Source of the DNA: Fidelibacterota bacterium | Lineage (GTDB): Bacteria > Fidelibacterota > Fidelibacteria > Fidelibacterales > Fidelibacteraceae | Assembly: GCA_034723415.1 (NCBI GenBank) | Contig: JAYEOX010000030.1 | Coordinates: 2,051-13,143, forward strand | Reading direction: 5' to 3' | Length of the DNA stretch: 11,093 bases | In this document: positions 6,040 to 11,093 of the stretch, one piece after another | Numbering within the stretch: the stretch's first letter is position 1 | Layout: each line of letters starts with the position of its first letter | The notes under the pieces: model-generated | Seen by the model: only the letters and a program-made list of their open reading frames with translations | Database searches by the model: none | Told to the model about the DNA's origin: nothing | Made by a program: the position numbers and the translations under genes

Positions 6040-8397
6040 TTGAATTCAACAGAACAAAATAAAACATATACACTACTAGGTTTTGACAGAATAAAAGAGC
6101 TGTTAATTAGTTATACATATACAGAAAATGCAACCTTGAAAATTCGGGAATTGAGCTCATTTCATTCTGCCGATCGAGTAGAATATGAACAAGACTTAAC
6201 TTTGGAAATGCGAGATCTTATTGCATTAGATAGTTCATTGCCGCTTTTAGAATTTCCGATCCAAAATGAAATATTGAAACATATTGCTATTATTGGAACT
6301 TCAATAGGTTTAGAAGAATTGTTTTTAATTGGAGAGATCTTACATTACCAGAATCGTATTAAAAAATATTTTCAAAGACGAGAAAAGGATTATCCTAATT
6401 TAGAAAAATTATTAAAGATTTATTATTTTGATTTGAAAGATGTAGAAAAGGAAATAAAATCTATTTTTACACCGGAGCGGACACTTGCAGATAATGCATC
6501 AAAAGAATTAAAAAGTATTAGAAATCAGATCAAAAGAATCGGAAATAAGATAAAAGATAAAATACAATCAATTGCCTCGAATTTGGCAAAAGATAATATT
6601 GCTGTTGAAGAACAAATTGCTTATAGAAATAATCGTCATGTAATTCCAATTAGATCTTCTAAAAAGAAAAGCGTTCAAGGAATTGTTCACGATCAGAGTC
6701 AAAGTGGTCAGACATATTATATTGAGCCGATTGAAATTGTGGAATTAAATAATAAACTTGCAGAGATAGTACTAAAAGAGAAAGAGGAAATTAAAAAGAT
6801 ACTTAAAGAAAAAACGAATCTGTTAAGAGAAAATTTTGATGAATTGGAAGCAGCGATACATTTATTGGAAGAACTAGATTTTATTCATTCTAAAGGAAGA
6901 TTAGCTGTAAAATTCAAATGCAATAAACCGGCTAATAGTAATGAAGATTTTATAATTAAAAACGGTAGAAATATTGTGCTTGCACTTCATCGGAAAGTTG
7001 TTCCATTGAATATATTTTTAGATAAAAATAAGCGTGGAGTGATAATAACCGGTCCGAATGCAGGCGGCAAGACAGTAACATTAAAAACAATCGGACTAAT
7101 TTCTTTGATGCACTGGGCGGGTCTATTAATTCCGGCAGACAGCAATAGCTCTATTCCCAAATTTGACAAATTATTTATCGATATTGGCGATGACCAGTCA
7201 ATAGACGGCGATTTGTCAACTTTTTCCGGTCACATTTTAAAGTTGAAATCTATTCTAAAAAATACTACTTGCAAAAGTTTGATCTTATTAGATGAGCTTG
7301 GGACGGGGACGGATCCAAAAGAAGGATCTGCATTAGCTGAAGGAATTATAATCAATTTGATCAAAAAAAAGGCACTGACATTTGCAACGACACATCATGG
7401 TTCATTGAAAACATTAGCTTTCAAAATACCCGAATTAGAGAATGCAAGTATGACTTTTAATAACAAAAATCTTGAACCAACTTATGAATTTAAATTGGGA
7501 ATACCCGGAAGCAGTTATGCTTTAGAAATTGCCAAGAGATATAATTTGGACGACAATGTTATTAATTATGCTAAAAAAAATGTGGGTGAACATAGGGAAA
7601 AATTGGAAGATCTCATTATTGATCTTCAAAAGAAAATTTACAATTATGATGAACTGATCAATAAAACTACTGAGCGAGAAAAAAATATAAAGAAGAAAGA
7701 AGAGGAAATCACCAAACACAAAAAAGAGATCGATAAAAAATTCAGAAGAGCCGACAAAGATGCAACTGTTCATGTGAATATTTTAATAAATGAAATGCAA
7801 AGTAAATTAGAAAGGACGATAAAACATATAATAGAAAATAATGCAAGTAAAGAGTCAATCAAAGAAGCAAAGGCATCTTTTGCAAAAGTGAAAAGTAAAT
7901 TAGCAGAACGAGAACAAAAAATAGAAAGTAAAAAAAGAACTCAGTTTTCCTGGTCGGAAATTAATGTAGGTAAAAAGGTCCACATAGCATCTCTGGATTC
8001 TAACGGAACTATCTTGGAGATAAATCGCAAATCCAAAAAAATCTGGGTTGATGTTAATGGTTCAAGGATGAGATTAAATTTAGATTGGCTCTCACCGGCT
8101 GTAGAACAAAAACAACAATTCAGAACTTCTGTTCAAAAGTCAGCTGATAGTGTTCCATTTCGAATTGATCTGAGAGGAAAAAGAGGAAATGAAGCTTTGG
8201 CAGAAGTAGAAAAATTTATCGATAATGCAGTAGTACACGGATTGTCAAATGTTGAGATCTTGCACGGAAAGGGATTTGGTATTTTGAAACAATTAATTAG
8301 CGAATTTTTGACTAATGATCAACGAGTTGAAAATTTTAAAGAAGCGCCGATTAAATCCGGAGGAGCCGGAATTACTTGGGTTGAACTTGTTAAATAA
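6040..8397 (+). CDS. mutS2: Endonuclease MutS2 (MutS ATPase + coiled coil + KOW-like + Smr)
   Basis: 785 aa with VHDQSQSGQTYYIEP, Walker A ITGPNAGGKT, DIGDDQSIDGDLSTFSGH, Walker B LLDELGTGTDP, TTH, GIPGSSYALEIA and Smr domain IDLRG..ILHGKGFG..GGAGIT. TTG start. Confidence 0.96.
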   Translation: MNSTEQNKTYTLLGFDRIKELLISYTYTENATLKIRELSSFHSADRVEYEQDLTLEMRDLIALDSSLPLLEFPIQNEILKHIAIIGTSIGLEELFLIGEILHYQNRIKKYFQRREKDYPNLEKLLKIYYFDLKDVEKEIKSIFTPERTLADNASKELKSIRNQIKRIGNKIKDKIQSIASNLAKDNIAVEEQIAYRNNRHVIPIRSSKKKSVQGIVHDQSQSGQTYYIEPIEIVELNNKLAEIVLKEKEEIKKILKEKTNLLRENFDELEAAIHLLEELDFIHSKGRLAVKFKCNKPANSNEDFIIKNGRNIVLALHRKVVPLNIFLDKNKRGVIITGPNAGGKTVTLKTIGLISLMHWAGLLIPADSNSSIPKFDKLFIDIGDDQSIDGDLSTFSGHILKLKSILKNTTCKSLILLDELGTGTDPKEGSALAEGIIINLIKKKALTFATTHHGSLKTLAFKIPELENASMTFNNKNLEPTYEFKLGIPGSSYALEIAKRYNLDDNVINYAKKNVGEHREKLEDLIIDLQKKIYNYDELINKTTEREKNIKKKEEEITKHKKEIDKKFRRADKDATVHVNILINEMQSKLERTIKHIIENNASKESIKEAKASFAKVKSKLAEREQKIESKKRTQFSWSEINVGKKVHIASLDSNGTILEINRKSKKIWVDVNGSRMRLNLDWLSPAVEQKQQFRTSVQKSADSVPFRIDLRGKRGNEALAEVEKFIDNAVVHGLSNVEILHGKGFGILKQLISEFLTNDQRVENFKEAPIKSGGAGITWVELVK

Positions 8398-8615
8398 GTG
8401 AAATGTAAAAAAGGAAAATGGAATCTGGAAGCCGGGAACAGGAATAGAAATTACGAATTATAAATAACTAATTGGTTGACATCGAATTTATCGAATTAAA
8501 CTAAAAAAAATCTCATGCCTTTTTTATGGTTATATTTCTAAATAATTAAACAATTAAACTTCTCAATTTCTTATCTTTTTTTTACCTTTGTGATTTCTTT
8601 GTGTGCTTTGTGGTT
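8398..8615. repeat. Intergenic mosaic of degenerate short tandem repeats (7-, 9-, 8-mers and CTTTGTG triad)
   Basis: GGAANNN-type heptamers x5 (8413-8447), AATTA-type heptamers (8447-8474), ATCGAATTW x2 (8481-8498), TAAAYAAT x2 plus a partial third copy (8539-8562), and CTTTGTG at 8586, 8597 and 8606. Confidence 0.7.
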
Positions 8616-8626
8616 TGAGTTATTTC

Positions 8627-10243
8627 TTAATGTTTAAAATGTCTCATTCCTGTAAAGATCATTCCAACATCTAATTCGTCACATTTTTTAATTACTTTTT
8701 TATCACGAATTGAACCACCGGGTTGAACAATTGTTCTTATTCCGGCTTTGTAACTTAATTCCACATTGTCCGGAAATGGGAAGAATGCATCTGAAAACAA
8801 CACTACTTTTTTCATCTGTTCTTTTACATAATTATCAAATTGTTCAGTCGGTCCCTTGTATTCGTTTTTTAAATTTGCTTTACATTTGTCAATTGTCAAT
8901 AAAGTAGAATTTACTCTGTTCGGTTGTCCGCATCCCATTCCCAGAAGCTGCATATCTCCGTTATCTAATTTTCTCACAGCTGCGATCGCATTAGAGTGTA
9001 ATTGCCGCATAGCAATTAATCCAAATTGAAAAAGTTCTTTATTTATGTGAGGTTTTTTCTTCGTAACGATTTCTTTTTTCTTAAATAATTCTCTGTCAGT
9101 TTCTTGAAAAAGTAGTGAATTAAATAAAAATTTCATATCGTATTTTTGATCAAGTTTTTTTGGATCAAATTCAACTACACGTAGATTTTTATGTTGGAAC
9201 AGGTATTTTTTCGCAGAAGGTGTAAATGATGGAGCAACAATTATTTCAATGAATTTCCGTTTAAATTTTTTCTTGGAATCAAGCTGTAAAAATTCTACTG
9301 TTTTCTTTTTTACAGTTTTATTAAAAGCAATAACAGAACCAAAAGATGAAACAGGGTCACCGGCCCAAGCATTTTCAAAAACAATTCGCTGATCTTTTCC
9401 TTCACTAAGTCCACATGGATTTGCATGTTTAATTATTGCACAACTGGTTCCATTCAGATCCCTGACAGATTCAAGTGCCGCTTGCATATCAAACATATTA
9501 TTGTATGACAACTCTTTCCCATGAAGAACTTCAATATCTTTAAGCGAAATTTCAGATTTGTTCTTTTTATAAAAATATCCTTTTTGATGAGAATTTTCTC
9601 CATATCTTAACTCATCACCATCTGAAAAAGCAAATCGTAGTGATTTTATATTTGAATTTTCATCCATCGTTGTGGCAATTAGAGAGTCATAATCAGCGGT
9701 ATGATTGAAAGCTTTTCTCATCAATTTAAATCTCGTTTCAATTGATAATGCACCTTTATTTTCGGAGAGTTCATTTTCAATATTTTTATAGTCAGAAGGA
9801 TTAACAACAACTCCAACGAATTTGTAATTTTTCGCTGCAGCTCTTACCATTGTAGGCCCGCCGATATCTATATTTTCAATTAATTTTTCTAAACTTGCAT
9901 TCTCTTTTTTCACTTTTTCAAATGGATATAAATTACATACAACTAAATCTATCGGTTGAATATTTAATTTCTCTGCTTCGATTTTGTCATTTTCTCTGTC
10001 ATATAAAAGTGCTGATTCAACCTGAAATGAAATTGTTTTCATTCTGCCACTAAATGCTTCAGGATTTCCGGTAATTGCTGAAATATCGGTTACAGGTATT
10101 TTTGATTTTTTTAATACTTCTTTTGTCCCGCCTGTAGAAATTATTTCACATCCGTATTTATGTAATTGTTTAGCAAATTTTACGATTCCTTTTTTATTTG
10201 AAACACTGATGAGAGCTCTTTTTATTTTAATATAATCTGACAC
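8627..10243 (-). CDS. purH: Bifunctional AICAR formyltransferase / IMP cyclohydrolase
   Basis: 538 aa with RALISVSNK, ISTGGT, VCNLYPF, ENIDIGGPTMVRAAAKN, LRYGENSHQ, GKELSYNN, KHANPCG, SDAFFPFPD, QPGGSIRD and RHFKH C-terminus. GTG start with SD AAGGAG (10255-10250). Confidence 0.97.
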   Translation of the reverse strand: MSDYIKIKRALISVSNKKGIVKFAKQLHKYGCEIISTGGTKEVLKKSKIPVTDISAITGNPEAFSGRMKTISFQVESALLYDRENDKIEAEKLNIQPIDLVVCNLYPFEKVKKENASLEKLIENIDIGGPTMVRAAAKNYKFVGVVVNPSDYKNIENELSENKGALSIETRFKLMRKAFNHTADYDSLIATTMDENSNIKSLRFAFSDGDELRYGENSHQKGYFYKKNKSEISLKDIEVLHGKELSYNNMFDMQAALESVRDLNGTSCAIIKHANPCGLSEGKDQRIVFENAWAGDPVSSFGSVIAFNKTVKKKTVEFLQLDSKKKFKRKFIEIIVAPSFTPSAKKYLFQHKNLRVVEFDPKKLDQKYDMKFLFNSLLFQETDRELFKKKEIVTKKKPHINKELFQFGLIAMRQLHSNAIAAVRKLDNGDMQLLGMGCGQPNRVNSTLLTIDKCKANLKNEYKGPTEQFDNYVKEQMKKVVLFSDAFFPFPDNVELSYKAGIRTIVQPGGSIRDKKVIKKCDELDVGMIFTGMRHFKH

Positions 10244-10260
10244 TTTGCACTCCTTTTAAA

Positions 10261-11082
10261 TTATTTGTTTAAATGCTCTATCATATTTTGGAATAATTTT
10301 ATACCTTGTCCTTCTTCGGAAATATTTGGATTTTCACGTTTTAATTTTCCCCAATTGGGATGGTTGTATAGTGAAAGGAATGCTTCGGGATGTGGCATCA
10401 TTCCTAATACATTCCCATGTAGATTTATTAAACCGGCACAATTTAATTCTGAACCATTTGGGTTAGCCGGATATTCGCTTGTGGTTATTCCATTTTTATT
10501 TGCATAACTTAACCAGTTGAATGATTGATCAATTATTTTTGTTTTGATTTGTTCGTTTTTGATTATTAATTTTCCTTCACCATGTCGAACAGGTAATTCG
10601 ATAATGTTATTTGGGAACTGTCCGTTTTTTAAGAATGGTGATTTTGAAGATTCGTTAATTTTACATTTTACCCATCGATCTTCGAATTTCCCGGAGTCAT
10701 TATTTGTGAGTGTAACTTCCTGTTCATAATTTCCATTTACATTTGGTAATATTCCCATTTTTGCCAGCACTTGAAAACCGTTACAAACTCCCAAAATGAT
10801 CTTTTTATCAGAGATAAATTTATCTATTTCATCAATAAAATATTTGCCATTTGACAGTTTTTTATATTTTATCTTATTCACCAATACTTTTCCCGAACCA
10901 ATATCATCGCCGAAAGAAAAACCTCCCGGAAAATTTAAAATATCAAAATCGTGAATAGAATATTTCCCTAAAAATAATTCATTTAAATATAATATTTTTG
11001 TATCTGTATCTAATAATTGATAAGCAGCAGACATTTCTTCTTCACAATTTATTCCAAAGCCGGTTAATACTAATGATCTCAT
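10261..11082 (-). CDS. purQ: Phosphoribosylformylglycinamidine synthase glutaminase subunit (PurQ, long form)
   Basis: 273 aa class I glutamine amidotransferase with GFGINCE, PGGFSFGD, GVCNGFQ (catalytic Cys), NDSGKFEDRW, PVRHGEG, YPANPNGS and GMMPHPE (His/Glu). Ends 17 nt upstream of purH. Confidence 0.93.
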   Translation of the reverse strand: MRSLVLTGFGINCEEEMSAAYQLLDTDTKILYLNELFLGKYSIHDFDILNFPGGFSFGDDIGSGKVLVNKIKYKKLSNGKYFIDEIDKFISDKKIILGVCNGFQVLAKMGILPNVNGNYEQEVTLTNNDSGKFEDRWVKCKINESSKSPFLKNGQFPNNIIELPVRHGEGKLIIKNEQIKTKIIDQSFNWLSYANKNGITTSEYPANPNGSELNCAGLINLHGNVLGMMPHPEAFLSLYNHPNWGKLKRENPNISEEGQGIKLFQNMIEHLNK

Positions 11083-11093
11083 TTTATTTTATT

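Noticed and set aside
6987..7773. Minus-strand ORFs 6987-7169 and 7522-7773
   Set aside because: Antisense shadows of mutS2.
6040..8397. Mismatch-repair MutS1
   Set aside because: No N-terminal mismatch-binding domain (GxFYE), and a C-terminal Smr domain is present, which defines MutS2.
8398..8626. Bidirectional intrinsic terminator or small RNA between convergent genes
   Set aside because: No GC-rich stem found by eye. Only a weak AACTAA/TTGGTT near-palindrome is present.
8710..10729. Plus-strand ORFs 8710-8907, 10265-10507 and 10544-10729
   Set aside because: Antisense shadows of purH and purQ without motifs.

Overview
AT-rich bacterial chromosomal window, probably from an FCB-superphylum lineage (inferred from the YPNPFNP T9SS-type C-terminal tail). 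It holds seven intact genes: nth (-), monofunctional P5C dehydrogenase pruA (-), Hsp20 (-), a 914-aa secreted tandem beta-helix protein with a T9SS/FlgD-Ig-like tail (+), mutS2 (+), purH (-) and a long-form purQ (-). The coding content is mostly housekeeping; the unexplained signal is intergenic. (1) Three related short-repeat triads, CAC(G/A)-A-rich, each start about 5-13 nt after the stop codon of nth, pruA and purH in the same orientation and have no inverted partner nearby. (2) The mutS2/purH spacer is a mosaic of 7-, 8- and 9-nt degenerate tandem repeats with no intrinsic terminator. (3) A decaying 24-bp REP-like tandem array lies at the left edge. (4) A sigma54-type -24/-12 element plus paired upstream repeats precedes hsp20. 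(5) A perfect 22-bp palindrome overlaps a sigma70-like promoter of pruA. No RNA genes, CRISPR arrays or transposases were seen. All calls come from manual reading; no database searches were run.
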